Shown here one piece after another: positions 1 to 10,959 of a DNA stretch of 64,000 nucleotides. Position numbers and translations under genes: made by a program. Location of the stretch: assembly GCA_902799045.1 (NCBI GenBank), contig CADBZH010000011.1:118434-182433 (forward strand). Direction: 5' to 3'. Each line of letters begins with the position of its first letter. Within the stretch, counting starts at the first letter, position 1. The DNA is from an uncultured Eubacteriales bacterium. Its GTDB lineage: Bacteria; Bacillota; Clostridia; Christensenellales; Aristaeellaceae. The notes below the pieces were generated by a model. That model had not been told where the DNA came from and did not search any database. It saw nothing but the letters and a program-made list of their open reading frames with translations.

Positions 1-1215
1 CAGCTCGCGCATGGTCTCCATCGCAACGGAAACCGCGATCAGCAGGGAGCTCGCCGCGAAGGGCAGGCTGACGCCGGCAATCGCGTAGATGATCATCGGG
101 ATCACAGCCAGCACCGCCAGATAGATCGCGCCAAACATCGTGATGCGGCGGGTGATCTTCTTGATGTAGTCGCTGGTGGGCTTGCCCTGGCGAATGCCGG
201 GGATCATGCCGCCGTTATTCTGGATGTTCTTGGCAATCTCAACCGGATTGAAGGAAATCTCAGAATAGAAGAAGGTGAAGCCGAAAATCATCAGGGCGAA
301 GATCAGCTGATACAGCGCGTGCGTCGAGGAGACGTGCGCGGTCCACCAGGCGTTCGCCGCGGAATTCGGGAAGAACGCCAGGATGGTGGCCGGGAACTGC
401 ATGATCGCGTTGGCGAAGATCAGCGGCAGCACGCCGGAGGCGTTCAGCTTCAGCGGGATGTGGGTGCTCTGGCCGCCATACATCCTGCGACCCACCATGC
501 GCTTGGCATACTGGATGCGGATGCGGCGCTCGGCCAGGTCAACCAGCACGATGCCCACGACCAGGATGATGAAAACCAGCAGGGAAGCAATGACAGCGGG
601 AATGCTGACCGCTTCGGGATGGGTGAAGATGTTCACCACGTTGGTGCCCACGCTGCGCGCCAGGTTGGAGATGATGCCGGCGAAGATCAGCAGGCTGATG
701 CCGTTGCCGATGCCGTTCTCCGTGATGCGCTCGCCCATCCACATGGCAATCGCCGTGCCCGCGGCCAGGCAGAAGCCGATGGTCATCAGGCCCAGGAAGC
801 CGTTGGTGGCGTTGGCATGGAGGCCGATGGTCAGCGCGATGGCCTGGATGAAGCCCAGACCCACCGTCACGTAACGGGTGATCTGCGCGATCTTCTTGCG
901 GCCTTCCTCGCCTTCCTTCTGCAGCTCCTCCAGCTTCGGAATCGCCACGCACAGCAGCTGCATGATAATGCTCGCGTTGATGTACGGGGTGATGCCCATC
1001 GCCATGATGGTGTAATTGGAAAGATCCGAGCCGGTCATCGAATTGATGAAGCCCAGCAGGGAGTAGCGCTCCAGCGCCGACGCGATCAGGCTCGTATTGA
1101 CGCCCGGGGTCGGCACGTAGCACAGCAGCCGATAGATCAGCAGCATGCCCAGCGTGTACAGGATCTTCCTGCGAAGATCGGCGATCTTCCAGGCGTTCTT
1201 CAATGTCTCAAGCAT
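1..1215 (-). CDS. secY: Preprotein translocase SecY (C-terminus runs off window start)
   Basis: Manual minus-strand translation from ATG at 1215: MLETLKNAWKIADLRRKILYTLGMLLIYRLLCYVPTPGVN... Absent from ORF track because there is no stop in the window. Lies directly downstream of rplO as in spc operons. Confidence 0.93.
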   Translation of the reverse strand, partial: MLETLKNAWKIADLRRKILYTLGMLLIYRLLCYVPTPGVNTSLIASALERYSLLGFINSMTGSDLSNYTIMAMGITPYINASIIMQLLCVAIPKLEELQKEGEEGRKKIAQITRYVTVGLGFIQAIALTIGLHANATNGFLGLMTIGFCLAAGTAIAMWMGERITENGIGNGISLLIFAGIISNLARSVGTNVVNIFTHPEAVSIPAVIASLLVFIILVVGIVLVDLAERRIRIQYAKRMVGRRMYGGQSTHIPLKLNASGVLPLIFANAIMQFPATILAFFPNSAANAWWTAHVSSTHALYQLIFALMIFGFTFFYSEISFNPVEIAKNIQNNGGMIPGIRQGKPTSDYIKKITRRITMFGAIYLAVLAVIPMIIYAIAGVSLPFAASSLLIAVSVAMETMREL

Positions 1216-1216
1216 A

Positions 1217-1657
1217 TCAGAACACCTCGACTTTCCCGCCTGCCGCCTCGATCTTCTCCTTGGCCGTGGCGGTGAACTTGTTCGCCTGCACGGTCAGCTT
1301 CTTGGTGATCTCGCCGTTGCCGAGGATCTTCACGCCGTCCTGAACGTTCTTCAGGATGCCGGCCTGGATAAGCTCGACCGGGCTCACGACCTCGCCGTCC
1401 TCAAAGATGTTGAGGCGCTCGACGTTCACGGTCGCGTATTCCACGCGCCACTTGTTGGTGAAGCCGCGTTTCGGCAGGCGCATGGTGAGGGGCATCTGGC
1501 CGCCCTCGAAGCCGGGCCGCTTGCCGCCGCCAGAGCGGGCCTTCGCGCCCTTGTGACCTTTACCGGAGGTCTTGCCCAGACCGGAACCCGTGCCGCGCCC
1601 CAGGCGCTTCGGGGCCGTGGTAGCGCCCACGGCGGGTTTGAGATCATGAAGTTTCAT
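1217..1657 (-). CDS. rplO: 50S ribosomal protein L15
   Basis: 146 aa, MKLHDLKP...[18 protein letters not shown] motif, operon position. Confidence 0.97.
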   Translation of the reverse strand: MKLHDLKPAVGATTAPKRLGRGTGSGLGKTSGKGHKGAKARSGGGKRPGFEGGQMPLTMRLPKRGFTNKWRVEYATVNVERLNIFEDGEVVSPVELIQAGILKNVQDGVKILGNGEITKKLTVQANKFTATAKEKIEAAGGKVEVF

Positions 1658-1672
1658 GGTGTTCTGACCTCC

Positions 1673-1855
1673 TTATTCTGCAACTTCTTCGACCTTGACC
1701 ATGTGCTTCACCTTGAAGATCATGCCGCGGATGGCGGGATTGTCTTCCTTCACGACCGTGTGGCCGATGTGGTGCAGGCCCAGCGCCTCGATCGTGGCGA
1801 TCTGGTCCTTCAAGCAAGCGATGGTGCTCTTGGTCTGCGTAATCTTAAGCTTCAT
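1673..1855 (-). CDS. rpmD: 50S ribosomal protein L30
   Basis: 60 aa, [10 protein letters not shown]...; between rpsE and rplO. Confidence 0.95.
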   Translation of the reverse strand: MKLKITQTKSTIACLKDQIATIEALGLHHIGHTVVKEDNPAIRGMIFKVKHMVKVEEVAE

Positions 1856-1869
1856 ATCGTGTTACCCCC

Positions 1870-2373
1870 TTAACCGAGCAGCTCTTCGACGGTCTTGCCG
1901 CGCATCGCCGCAACCTGTTCGGCGCTGCGAAGCTGCTTGAGTCCTGCCAGGGTGGCGCGAACCATGTTGATCTTGTTGTTGCTGCCGATGGACTTGGTGA
2001 CGATGTCCTTGATGCCGGCAGCCTCCAGGACGGCGCGCACCGGGCCGCCGGCGATCACGCCGGTGCCCTCCGGAGCAGGCAGCATCTTCACCCTGCCGGT
2101 GCCGAACACGCCCACCACCTCGTGGGGAATGGTCGTGCCGTTCAGCGGAATCGTGATCATGGACTTCTTCGCGTCCTCCAGGCCCTTGCGAATGGCCTCG
2201 GGGATTTCAACCGCCTTGCCCATGCCGCAGCCAACGGTGCCGGGATTCTCGGTGTCGCCCACAACCATCAGCGCGCTGAAGCGCATGTTGCGGCCGCCCT
2301 TGACGGTCTTGGACACGCGATTCACGGCAACCAGCTTTTCCAAATATCTGTTATCTTCTTCTCTGCGCTGCAT
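1870..2373 (-). CDS. rpsE: 30S ribosomal protein S5
   Basis: 167 aa, [24 protein letters not shown] motif. Confidence 0.97.
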   Translation of the reverse strand: MQRREEDNRYLEKLVAVNRVSKTVKGGRNMRFSALMVVGDTENPGTVGCGMGKAVEIPEAIRKGLEDAKKSMITIPLNGTTIPHEVVGVFGTGRVKMLPAPEGTGVIAGGPVRAVLEAAGIKDIVTKSIGSNNKINMVRATLAGLKQLRSAEQVAAMRGKTVEELLG

Positions 2374-2392
2374 TGCGTATAAACCCTCCTAA

Positions 2393-2761
2393 TCAGAAGT
2401 CCAGACCGCCTTCGCGAGCGCCAGCTGCCAGCTCGGCCACGCGACCGGTGTAGATATAGCCGCCGCGATCAAAGACAACTTCCTTGATCCCAGCCTTCAG
2501 GGCGCGCTCGGCCACGATCTTGCCGACGATCTTGGCCTCGCCCTTCTTGTCGCACTCAGCCAGCTGAGCGGCGATCTCCTTCTCCACCGTGCTGGCAGCC
2601 GCCAGGGTGTTTCCGGCTACGTCGTCAATGACCTGAGCATAGATGTGCTTGTTGCTGCGGAATACGCACAGCCGGGGACGATCGGGCGTCCCGCTGATCT
2701 TTTTGCGTACGCGCTCATGACGGATCTTGCGAACCTCGTTGCGATCACGCTTATTAAACAT
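2393..2761 (-). CDS. rplR: 50S ribosomal protein L18
   Basis: 122 aa, [18 protein letters not shown] ... [12 protein letters not shown]. Confidence 0.97.
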   Translation of the reverse strand: MFNKRDRNEVRKIRHERVRKKISGTPDRPRLCVFRSNKHIYAQVIDDVAGNTLAAASTVEKEIAAQLAECDKKGEAKIVGKIVAERALKAGIKEVVFDRGGYIYTGRVAELAAGAREGGLDF

Positions 2762-2779
2762 TTGCGGTTCCCTCCCTCT

Positions 2780-3328
2780 TTACTTCTTACCGGCTTTGCC
2801 TTCCTTGTGACGGACATACTCGCCCTCATAGCGAATGCCCTTGCCGTGGTACGGCTCCGGCTTGCGGATGGCGCGGATGTCTGCGGCGATGGCGCCGACC
2901 AACTGCTTGTCAATGCCCTTCACGGAGAAGTTCACGTTGCTCTTGTCAACGTCAAACTCGATCCCCTCGGGCGCGTCCACGATCACGGGATGAGAATAGC
3001 CCACGGAAACCGTCAGCTGGTTCTTGTTCCACTCGGCAATACGCCAGCCGACGCCTTCGATATGCAGCTTCTTCTCGAATCCCTGGGTGACGCCAACAAC
3101 CATGTTGTTGATCAGGGACCGGTACAAACCATGCATCGAGCGGTGGGGCTTGCTGTCGGACGGGCGGCTCACGAGCACTTCGCTGCCAACCTGCTCGACT
3201 TTGATATCCTTGTTAACCTTCTGACTCAGTTCACCCTTGGGGCCCTTGACAGTCACGGTGTTGTCGTCCGCGATGGTCACGGTCACGCCGGCGGGAACCG
3301 GAATCGGAAGTCTACCGATTCGACTCAT
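2780..3328 (-). CDS. rplF: 50S ribosomal protein L6
   Basis: 182 aa, MSRIGRLPIPVPAGVTV..., operon position. Confidence 0.97.
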   Translation of the reverse strand: MSRIGRLPIPVPAGVTVTIADDNTVTVKGPKGELSQKVNKDIKVEQVGSEVLVSRPSDSKPHRSMHGLYRSLINNMVVGVTQGFEKKLHIEGVGWRIAEWNKNQLTVSVGYSHPVIVDAPEGIEFDVDKSNVNFSVKGIDKQLVGAIAADIRAIRKPEPYHGKGIRYEGEYVRHKEGKAGKK

Positions 3329-3349
3329 TCTAGTGCACCTCCAACTTTT

Positions 3350-3751
3350 TTACCAGATATAGGCCAGAACTTCGCCGCCGATACCCGCGTTGCGGGCTTC
3401 CTTGTCGGTCATCACGCCCTTGGACGTGGACACGATGGCGATTCCCAGGCCGCCCAGGACCTTCGGGATCTCCTCGTTCCTGGCGTAAACGCGCAGTCCA
3501 GGCTTGGAAATGCGCTTCAGTCCCTTGATGACGGATTCCTTGCCCTGAACATACTTCAGGGTGACCTTGATCTGGCCCTGGATGCCGTCGTCGATATAAT
3601 CAACAGACTTGATGTAGCCTTCGTCCAGCAGAATCTTCGCGATCGCCTTCTTCATGTTCGAAGCGGGCATCGTCACGCTGTCGTGTCTGGCAATCAGGCC
3701 ATTGCGGATCCTGGTGAGCATATCCGCGATGGGATCATTAATAACAGCCAT
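3350..3751 (-). CDS. rpsH: 30S ribosomal protein S8
   Basis: 133 aa, [13 protein letters not shown] motif. Confidence 0.97.
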   Translation of the reverse strand: MAVINDPIADMLTRIRNGLIARHDSVTMPASNMKKAIAKILLDEGYIKSVDYIDDGIQGQIKVTLKYVQGKESVIKGLKRISKPGLRVYARNEEIPKVLGGLGIAIVSTSKGVMTDKEARNAGIGGEVLAYIW

Positions 3752-3777
3752 TTTGTTACCTCCTAATTACTGCCGGA

Positions 3778-3963
3778 TTACCAGCTGGCCTTGCGAACCC
3801 CCGGAATCTGGCCCGCGTAGGCCAGTTCACGGAAGCAGATGCGGCACACGCCATACTTGCGAAGCACGGAATGCGGGCGGCCGCAGATGCGGCAGCGGGT
3901 ATAGGCGCGGGTAGAAAACTTCGCGGGACGCGCCTGCTTGACCTTCATGCTTGTCTTAGCCAC
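3778..3963 (-). CDS. rpsN: 30S ribosomal protein S14 type Z (zinc form)
   Basis: 61 aa with CRICGRP...CRICFRE Cys4 ribbon. Confidence 0.96.
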   Translation of the reverse strand: MAKTSMKVKQARPAKFSTRAYTRCRICGRPHSVLRKYGVCRICFRELAYAGQIPGVRKASW

Positions 3964-3982
3964 GTTGAATTTCCTCCTTCAA

Positions 3983-4525
3983 TCAAGCATTCTGGAACGG
4001 CATGCCCAGCAGGCGCAGCAGTTCCTTCGCTTCCTCGTCGGTCTTGGCGGTGGTGACGAAGATCATCTCCATGCCGCGGATCTTTTCAACCTTGTCGTAC
4101 TCGATCTCGGGGAAAATCAGCTGCTCGCGAACGCCCAGGCTGTAGTTGCCGCGTCCGTCGAAAGCCTTCGTGGAAACGCCGCGGAAGTCGCGCACGCGGG
4201 GCAGCACGATGCTGACCAGCTTGTCCGCAAACTCATACATGCGGTCGCCGCGCAGGGTCACCTTCGCGCCCACGTTCATGCCTGCACGCAGCTTGAAGTT
4301 CGCGATGCTCTTCTTGGCCTTGGTCACCAGGGGCTTCTGGCCCGCGATGGTCGTCAGCTCCTCCACAGCCAGTTCCAGCGCCTTGGCGTTGTCCTTGCAA
4401 TCGCCCAGGCCCATGTTGATAACGATCTTTTCCAGGCGCGGAATCTCCATCACGTTCTTGTACTCGAAACGCTGCTTCAGCGCCGGAGCCACTTCCGCGC
4501 GGTACTTATCCTTTAATCTAGCCAC
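3983..4525 (-). CDS. rplE: 50S ribosomal protein L5
   Basis: 180 aa, typical L5 sequence and position. Confidence 0.97.
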   Translation of the reverse strand: MARLKDKYRAEVAPALKQRFEYKNVMEIPRLEKIVINMGLGDCKDNAKALELAVEELTTIAGQKPLVTKAKKSIANFKLRAGMNVGAKVTLRGDRMYEFADKLVSIVLPRVRDFRGVSTKAFDGRGNYSLGVREQLIFPEIEYDKVEKIRGMEMIFVTTAKTDEEAKELLRLLGMPFQNA

Positions 4526-4546
4526 TGTGTCCGTCCTCCCTTAACA

Positions 4547-4897
4547 TCAGTTGTCGAACACCGCTTTGCACTGCTTGCACACGCGGCGCTTGCGGCGGGA
4601 CTGCTTGCCCTCGCCTTCGATAAACACATGGCCGATGCGGGTGGGCTTGCCGCACTTGGGGCAGATCACCATCACGTTGGAGGCGTCGATCGCCGCTTCC
4701 TTCTCGATGATGCCGCCGGGCATGCCCTGTCCACGGGGCTTCTGGTGCTTCTTCACCATGTTGATGCCTTCGACGATGATGCGGCCCGTCTCCGGAAAGA
4801 CCTTCTGAACCTTGCCAGTGTTGTCCTTCTTGTTCTTGTCGGTGCCAGCGATCACCTTGACGGTATCGCCGACCTTAACCTTAAGCTTAACTGCCAT
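4547..4897 (-). CDS. rplX: 50S ribosomal protein L24 (Cys4-ribbon variant)
   Basis: 116 aa, KVGDTVKVIAG KOW motif; C-terminal CPKCGK...CKQCKA. Confidence 0.95.
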   Translation of the reverse strand: MAVKLKVKVGDTVKVIAGTDKNKKDNTGKVQKVFPETGRIIVEGINMVKKHQKPRGQGMPGGIIEKEAAIDASNVMVICPKCGKPTRIGHVFIEGEGKQSRRKRRVCKQCKAVFDN

Positions 4898-4909
4898 GGT
4901 GCACCTCCA

Positions 4910-5218
4910 TTAAAGCACTTCGGGCGCCAGCGAAACGATCTTCATATAATCCTTTTCGCGGAGCTCGCGAGCCACGGGCCCAAAGATGCGGGTGCCCCTG
5001 TCGGGACGACGATACTGCTTGCGCGTGCGGACGATCACGGCCTTCACCACGTCGCCCTTCTTCACGGCGCCGCCGGGCGTAGCACTCTTCACAGACGCCA
5101 CGACCACGTCGCCTACGCTGCCGGTGCGGCGGAAAGAACCGCCCAGCACGCGGAAGCACATGATTTCCTTAGCGCCGGAATTATCGGCTACCTTCAAACG
5201 AGTTTGAGGCTGAATCAT
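4910..5218 (-). CDS. rplN: 50S ribosomal protein L14, unusually short (102 aa instead of ~122)
   Basis: [18 protein letters not shown]... and ...[29 protein letters not shown] match L14, but the segment between RRPD and RGTRIFGPV is missing (see findings). Confidence 0.9.
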   Translation of the reverse strand: MIQPQTRLKVADNSGAKEIMCFRVLGGSFRRTGSVGDVVVASVKSATPGGAVKKGDVVKAVIVRTRKQYRRPDRGTRIFGPVARELREKDYMKIVSLAPEVL

Positions 5219-5242
5219 TGTTTTCTTCCTCCTTGCCGGCGA

Positions 5243-5503
5243 TTACTTCGCCTTTTCGATGATTTCTACCAGACGCCAGTGCTTTTCCTTGGAAAGCGGG
5301 CGGGTCTCCATGATCTTCACGGTGTCGCCGATGCCGCACTGGTTCTCTTCGTCATGGGCCTTGATCTTGTTGGTACGGTTCATGATCTTGCCGTACAGCG
5401 GATGCTTCACGCGGGTGCGAATCGCGACGACGATGGTCTTGTCCATCTTATCGGAAACAACCACGCCGATACGAGTTTTGCGCATGCCTCTTGCTTCAGC
5501 CAT
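5243..5503 (-). CDS. rpsQ: 30S ribosomal protein S17
   Basis: 86 aa, [14 protein letters not shown] ... [11 protein letters not shown]. Confidence 0.97.
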   Translation of the reverse strand: MAEARGMRKTRIGVVVSDKMDKTIVVAIRTRVKHPLYGKIMNRTNKIKAHDEENQCGIGDTVKIMETRPLSKEKHWRLVEIIEKAK

Positions 5504-5524
5504 TTTCAGTTGCCTCCTTTCGCC

Positions 5525-5737
5525 TTACGCCTTCCCGGCCAGCTGGCGCTGACGGATGACGGTCTTGACCCGCGCGATGCTCTTCTTGCAGTCGCGGATG
5601 GCCGCGGTGTTCTGCAGCTGGCCGGTCGCCAGCTGGAAGCGCAGGTTGAACAGCTCGCTCTTCTTGTCCTTCAGATCGGTGTCGAGCTCAGCCATGGTCT
5701 TGGCCTCCAGGGCCTTCAGTTCGTCCTTGGTTTTCAC
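5525..5737 (-). CDS. rpmC: 50S ribosomal protein L29
   Basis: 70 aa, [14 protein letters not shown] motif; start overlaps rplP stop by 4 nt. Confidence 0.96.
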   Translation of the reverse strand: MKTKDELKALEAKTMAELDTDLKDKKSELFNLRFQLATGQLQNTAAIRDCKKSIARVKTVIRQRQLAGKA

Positions 5738-6186
5738 TGCTCTTCACCACCCATCTCAGTATTGGCTTCTTCCTTAACCGCCTCGCGCTTGATAAACTTG
5801 GTGGTGATCGGAAGCTTGTGGGCCGCCAGGCGCAGGGCCTCGCGAGCCAGCTCCTCCGGAATGCCGCCCATCTCGAACAGCACACGGCCGGGCTTGATGA
5901 CGCTCACCCAGTACTCCGGAGCGCCCTTGCCGGAACCCATTCGGGTCTCAGCGGGCTTGGCGGTAATGGGCTTGTCGGGGAAAATCTTGATCCAGACCTG
6001 GCCGCCACGCTTGGTGCGGCGGGTCATAGCCTGACGGGCAGCCTCAATCTGGTTGGAGGTCACCCAGCCGGGCTGGGTCGCTACGAGACCGTAGTCGCCG
6101 TAAGCGAGGAAATTGCCGCGCTGGGCCTTGCCCTTCATGCGACCGCGCTGCTGCTTGCGGTGCTTGACTCTCTTCGGCATCAGCAT
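5734..6186 (-). CDS. rplP: 50S ribosomal protein L16
   Basis: 150 aa, [19 protein letters not shown]. Confidence 0.97.
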   Translation of the reverse strand: MLMPKRVKHRKQQRGRMKGKAQRGNFLAYGDYGLVATQPGWVTSNQIEAARQAMTRRTKRGGQVWIKIFPDKPITAKPAETRMGSGKGAPEYWVSVIKPGRVLFEMGGIPEELAREALRLAAHKLPITTKFIKREAVKEEANTEMGGEEQ

Positions 6187-6189
6187 AGC

Positions 6190-6972
6190 TTAATTGCCTC
6201 CTTCCTTACGCTCAGTGCGCTCGCCGCGTTCCCTGCGCTCGCCGCGCGGGCCGCGATCGTTTCTGTCGTTCCTTCTGCGGTCACCGCGGCCGGCAAACGG
6301 GCTCTTGATGTCGGTGTAACCGGCGAGCACCTTCTTGCCGTTCTGCGGCAGGACCTGGCCCTTGTAGATCCACACCTTCACGCCGATGCGGCCATAGGTC
6401 GTCTTGGCCTCGCAGAAGCCATAGTCGATGTTGGCGCGCAGCGTCTGCAGCGGGATCGAGCCCTCGTGATACCCCTCGGAGCGGGCGATGTCCGCGCCGC
6501 CCAGGCGGCCGGAAACCGTGGTCTTGATGCCCTTCGCGCCGGCCTTCATGGAACGGGCGATGCTCTGCTTCATGGCGCGGCGGAAGCTGATGCGCTTCTC
6601 CAGCTGCTGGGCGATGTTCTCGGCCACCAGGGTCGCGTCACAGTCGGGGTTCTTGATCTCCATGATGTCCAGGGCCACCTGGCGGCCGGTGAACTGCTCC
6701 AGCTCCTTCTTCAGGGCCTCGACGCCCGCGCCGCCCTTGCCGATCACGATGCCGGGCTTGGCGGTGAAGACGCTCACGTGCAGCTTGGCGCCGGTGCGCT
6801 GAATGTCAATCCGGGAAATACCGGCGGAGTTCAGCTTCTCCTTCAGGAACTTGCGAAGATTGTAATCTTCGATCAGGTTGTTGGAAAAATCCTTTTTCCC
6901 TGCGTACCACTTGGTGCTCCAGTCCAGGATGACACCAACGCGGGCGCCGTGGGGATTAACTTTCTGTCCCAT
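6190..6972 (-). CDS. rpsC: 30S ribosomal protein S3 (R/E-rich C-terminal tail)
   Basis: 260 aa, [15 protein letters not shown] domain GKGGAGVE. Confidence 0.97.
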   Translation of the reverse strand: MGQKVNPHGARVGVILDWSTKWYAGKKDFSNNLIEDYNLRKFLKEKLNSAGISRIDIQRTGAKLHVSVFTAKPGIVIGKGGAGVEALKKELEQFTGRQVALDIMEIKNPDCDATLVAENIAQQLEKRISFRRAMKQSIARSMKAGAKGIKTTVSGRLGGADIARSEGYHEGSIPLQTLRANIDYGFCEAKTTYGRIGVKVWIYKGQVLPQNGKKVLAGYTDIKSPFAGRGDRRRNDRNDRGPRGERRERGERTERKEGGN

Positions 6973-6985
6973 TTTATATCCTCCC

Positions 6986-7366
6986 TCACTTCTGGTCGAG
7001 CACGATCGTGATGTGGCTGGTGTGCTTCTTAATCATGTCGGCACGACCGTGGGAACGCGCCCAGTAACGCTTCAGGGTCGGGCCCTGGTTGGCGTACACT
7101 TCCGCCACGTACAGGCTGGAGCGATCCATCTCCTTGTACTCGGCGTTGGCGATCGCGCTGGTCAGCAGCTTCTCAACCACCGGCGCGGCGCTCTTGGGCG
7201 TATACATGAGGATTGCCAGCGCATCGTCAACCTGCTTGCCGCGGATCAGATCCACAACGATCTTCGCCTTGCGGGGAGCAACGCGGACGTACTTGGCAGT
7301 CGCGCGCGGGCGCTTGTCGGCATTGGCCTGACGCGCCGCGGCCTTCTCTTTGACACGAGTTGCCAT
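6986..7366 (-). CDS. rplV: 50S ribosomal protein L22
   Basis: 126 aa, typical L22 core and operon position. Confidence 0.96.
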   Translation of the reverse strand: MATRVKEKAAARQANADKRPRATAKYVRVAPRKAKIVVDLIRGKQVDDALAILMYTPKSAAPVVEKLLTSAIANAEYKEMDRSSLYVAEVYANQGPTLKRYWARSHGRADMIKKHTSHITIVLDQK

Positions 7367-7386
7367 AATCTCTTACACTCCTTCCG

Positions 7387-7665
7387 TTACTTGCGGGACG
7401 ACGCTTTTTCACCGGCGTGGCCCCTGAAGGTACGGGTGGGGGCGAATTCGCCGAACTTGTGTCCGACCATATCCTCGGTTACATAGACCGGAACATGCTT
7501 GCGGCCGTCATGGACGGCAACCGTGTGCCCGATGAAATCCGGGAAGATCGTGGAGCTGCGGGACCAGGTCTTCAGAACCTTCTTGTCGCCGCTGGCGTTC
7601 ATTTCCTGCACGCGCTTGAGCAGCGCGGGCTGAATGAAAGGACCCTTTTTGACAGATCTGCTCAT
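7387..7665 (-). CDS. rpsS: 30S ribosomal protein S19
   Basis: 92 aa, [10 protein letters not shown] ... [13 protein letters not shown]. Confidence 0.97.
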   Translation of the reverse strand: MSRSVKKGPFIQPALLKRVQEMNASGDKKVLKTWSRSSTIFPDFIGHTVAVHDGRKHVPVYVTEDMVGHKFGEFAPTRTFRGHAGEKASSRK

Positions 7666-7687
7666 TTGGTTTGCCTCCTTTCAGGCC

Positions 7688-8524
7688 TTACTTGTTCTTC
7701 TTGGGACGGCTGATAATCAGCTTGTCCGAGTACTTGCGATGCTTGCGGGTCTTGACGCCCTGCGTCTTCTTGCCCCACGGAGACATCGGAGCGGGCATGC
7801 CCACCGGGGAACGGCCTTCGCCGCCGCCGTGCGGGTGGTCCACCGGGTTCATCACGACGCCGCGAACGGTGGGACGGATGCCCATGTGGCGCTTGCGACC
7901 GGCCTTGCCGATGCGCACGTTGCTGTGGTCGGTGTTGCCAACCTGGCCGATGGTCGCGCGGGCGTTCAGGCTCACCTTGCGAACCTCGCCGCTGGGCAGG
8001 CGGATCTGGGCGGCGTCGCCCTCCTTCGCCATCACCTGCGCGGCCGTGCCGGCGGAGCGGACCATCTGGCCGCCGCGGCCAACCTTGATCTCGATGTTGT
8101 GCACCAGGGTGCCCAGCGGGATGTTGGCGATCGGCAGGCAGTTGCCGGGCTTGATGTCGGCGGTCGGGCCGCTCATCACGGTGTCGCCCACCTTCAGGCC
8201 CAGGGGGCTGAGGATGTAGCGCTTCTCGCCGTCGGCGTAAACCAGCAGGGCGATGAAGCAGGTGCGGTTGGGATCGTACTCAATCGCCTTCACGGTGGCG
8301 GGGATGCCGTCCTTCTGGCGCTTGAAGTCGATGATGCGATACTTGCGACGCGCGCCGCCGCCCTGGTGGCGAACGGTGATCTTGCCCTGGTTGTTGCGGC
8401 CCGCCTTGTGGCGCAGGTCCGTCACCAGAGAGCGCTCGGGCGTCTTCTTGGTGACCTCTTCAAAGGTCAGAACCGACATGAAGCGCCGCGCGGGCGAAGT
8501 CGGCTTGTACACTCGAATTGCCAT
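7688..8524 (-). CDS. rplB: 50S ribosomal protein L2
   Basis: 278 aa, [15 protein letters not shown] motif. Confidence 0.98.
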   Translation of the reverse strand: MAIRVYKPTSPARRFMSVLTFEEVTKKTPERSLVTDLRHKAGRNNQGKITVRHQGGGARRKYRIIDFKRQKDGIPATVKAIEYDPNRTCFIALLVYADGEKRYILSPLGLKVGDTVMSGPTADIKPGNCLPIANIPLGTLVHNIEIKVGRGGQMVRSAGTAAQVMAKEGDAAQIRLPSGEVRKVSLNARATIGQVGNTDHSNVRIGKAGRKRHMGIRPTVRGVVMNPVDHPHGGGEGRSPVGMPAPMSPWGKKTQGVKTRKHRKYSDKLIISRPKKNK

Positions 8525-8614
8525 TGTCTTTTCTCCCTTTCTTTCTTTGGCCCTTTTTCGGCGGGCCTTACCATTGTGGAAGCCCTTTCAGGCTTCAAAG
8601 GGTAATCTCCCTGA

Positions 8615-8920
8615 TTACTCTTCCTCGGCCATGCCCTCGAAGAACGGAATCGGCTTGGAATCCGGCTTCAGGGTGACGATGGCCTTCTTGATCTCAGGGG
8701 TGCGGCCCTGATAGCGGCCCTGGCGCTTGATCTTGCCGATCGTGCGCATGGTGTTGACGTTCTGAACCTTCACGCCCTCGAAAATGCTCTCGATGGCCTG
8801 CTTGATCTCGGTCTTGTTCGCGCCGATAGCCACCTGGAAGGTGAACTTCTTGTCGGCCATGTCGGCGTAGCTCTTCTCGGTCAGAACCGGCTTGATGATG
8901 ATATCATAGGGGCTCTTCAT
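8615..8920 (-). CDS. rplW: 50S ribosomal protein L23
   Basis: 101 aa, typical L23; start overlaps rplD stop. Confidence 0.95.
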   Translation of the reverse strand: MKSPYDIIIKPVLTEKSYADMADKKFTFQVAIGANKTEIKQAIESIFEGVKVQNVNTMRTIGKIKRQGRYQGRTPEIKKAIVTLKPDSKPIPFFEGMAEEE

Positions 8921-9549
8921 TCCGCGTACACCTCCTCAACCAGCTTCACGGCGTCCTGGGAAATGATGAACTTGTCGCAGTTCAGGATGTCGACCACGTT
9001 CAGGCTGCCCACGAAGGTGGTCTTGACGCCCTGGATGTTGTTCGCGGCGCGCACGACCATGGGCTCCACGTCCTTGGTCACGATCAGCGCCTTCTTGTCG
9101 GCGCCCAGCGCCTTCAGCATCTTCACGACGTTCCTGGTCTTGGCCTCGGCCTCGGTCAGGGTGATGTTGTCCACCACCACGATCTCCTGCTCGGCAGCCT
9201 TGCTGCTCAGCGCGCTCTTCATCGCCAGGCGACGAACCTTGCGCGGCACGGAGATGCGATAGTCACGGGGCTTCGGGGCGAACACCACGCCGCCGTGGGT
9301 GAACTGGGGAGCTCTGCGGCCATGATGGCGCGCGTTGCCGGTGCCCTTCTGGCGATAGATCTTACGGCCGCCGCCGCGCACCTCGGTGCGGGTGAGGGCG
9401 GACTGGGTGCCCTGGCGCTGCGCGTTCATGTAGGCGCGCACCACAGCGTGCATGGCGCTGATATGGGGCTCGACGCCGAAAACCTCGTCGGAGAGAGCGA
9501 TCTCACCAACCGCGGCGCCCTGCATGTTGAATACTTTCACATTTGCCAT
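8917..9549 (-). CDS. rplD: 50S ribosomal protein L4
   Basis: 210 aa, [19 protein letters not shown] motif. Confidence 0.97.
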   Translation of the reverse strand: MANVKVFNMQGAAVGEIALSDEVFGVEPHISAMHAVVRAYMNAQRQGTQSALTRTEVRGGGRKIYRQKGTGNARHHGRRAPQFTHGGVVFAPKPRDYRISVPRKVRRLAMKSALSSKAAEQEIVVVDNITLTEAEAKTRNVVKMLKALGADKKALIVTKDVEPMVVRAANNIQGVKTTFVGSLNVVDILNCDKFIISQDAVKLVEEVYAE

Positions 9550-9564
9550 TGTTGCGTCCTCCTA

Positions 9565-10206
9565 TTAACCCTTCACGGCGTCGCGCACCATCACCAGGCT
9601 GCCGTTCGCGCCGGGGATCGCGCCCTTCACCATAAGCAGGTTGCGCTCGGCGTCCACCTTGACGATCTCAAGGTTCTGCACCGTCACGCGGTCTCCGCCG
9701 TACTGGCCGGGCATGTGCTTGTTCTTGAACACGCGGGAAGGATCAGAGTTAGCGCCCATGGAACCCACGCCGCGATGATACTTGGAACCGTGCGCCATGG
9801 GGCCGGTGTGCTGGTTCCAGCGCTGGATGACGCCGCTGTAGCCGTGGCCCTTGCTGGTGCCGATCACGTCGATCTTGTCGCCTTCGGCGAACACGTCGCA
9901 CTTGATCTCGTCGCCCACGCTGTAGCCGCTGATGTCCTCAAAGCGGAACTCGCGCAGGTGCCGCGCAGGCTTCACGCCAGCCTTGGCGAAGTGGCCCTGC
10001 TCCGGCTTGTTCAGCAGCTTCTTGGCCCGCTGTTCGCTGAGTTCGTCAAAGCCAACCTGTACCGCTTCATAGCCGTCGGTCTTCACGGTCTTCACCTGCG
10101 TCACAGTGCAGGGGCCCGCTTCCACGACGGTGACCGGCACCAGACGACCGTCAGATACGAAAATCTGGGTCATGCCGATCTTCTTGCCGAGAATTGCTTT
10201 CTTCAT
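9565..10206 (-). CDS. rplC: 50S ribosomal protein L3
   Basis: 213 aa, [12 protein letters not shown] ... [12 protein letters not shown]. Confidence 0.97.
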   Translation of the reverse strand: MKKAILGKKIGMTQIFVSDGRLVPVTVVEAGPCTVTQVKTVKTDGYEAVQVGFDELSEQRAKKLLNKPEQGHFAKAGVKPARHLREFRFEDISGYSVGDEIKCDVFAEGDKIDVIGTSKGHGYSGVIQRWNQHTGPMAHGSKYHRGVGSMGANSDPSRVFKNKHMPGQYGGDRVTVQNLEIVKVDAERNLLMVKGAIPGANGSLVMVRDAVKG

Positions 10207-10364
10207 GGTTACACCTCTCTACATGTTGTACAAACCGTTTTACAGTTTGCTCGGAGGTTTCTCACGCCTCCTATTGATAAGCCGCTTGGCTCCGGGCTTC
10301 AACCGGACGATCATCCGCGGAAAACGCAGGATTCCGCAAAGAGCGCGTCCGTCCGCCGTTCGTC

Positions 10365-10673
10365 TTACAGCTTGATCTCGATTTCAACGCCCGCCGGCAG
10401 ATCCAGCTTGGTCAGAGCGTCCACCGTCTGGGGGGTCGGCCGCAGGATGTCGATCAGGCGCTTGTGCGTCCTCATCTCAAACTGCTCGCGGGAATCCTTG
10501 TGCTTGTGCGGGGAACGCAGGATCGTCACGATCTCCTTCTCGGTCGGCAGCGGGATCGGGCCGGACACGCGGGAACCGGTGCGCTTGGCCGTCTCCACGA
10601 TGCGCGCTGCGCTCTGGTCGATGATGGAATGCTCATAGGCCTTGAGCTTGATGCGGATCTTCTGGTTTGCCAT
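10365..10673 (-). CDS. rpsJ: 30S ribosomal protein S10
   Basis: The 102-aa form [15 protein letters not shown]... starts at ATG 10673, preceded by AGGAGGAAAGAAC. The longer track ORF (to 10961) is a non-homologous upstream read-through. Confidence 0.96.
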   Translation of the reverse strand: MANQKIRIKLKAYEHSIIDQSAARIVETAKRTGSRVSGPIPLPTEKEIVTILRSPHKHKDSREQFEMRTHKRLIDILRPTPQTVDALTKLDLPAGVEIEIKL

Positions 10674-10959
10674 GTTCTTTCCTCCTGTTGAACTCATGCA
10701 CACGCTGCCGGGCGTGTTCTGTGTTTTTTTCTCGGCGATTGCTCTCGCAATCGCCGCGCGACGGGCATGAGCTCCGTCGTCCGATTGTCGGACATAGTCC
10801 CCGGAAATTCCCGGCTGTGCGCCTCGCGTTGGTTCAAACGCCAGCCGCGTTTGTGCCGCAACCTTCCGGTTCATCCCATTTGTCACCGCCGTGCCTGGCC
10901 TTCGCAGCCCCGCGATTCCGGCAAAATCGCGCATGGATGCCCCAGCACACAGCTTTATC

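Noticed and set aside
4547-4665. Cys4 (CPKC...CKQC) ribbon in L24 as a possible novelty
   Set aside because: From memory, Thermus-type L24 carries the same CxxC...CxxC arrangement, so this is likely a known zinc-ribbon variant. It is noted only in the feature entry.
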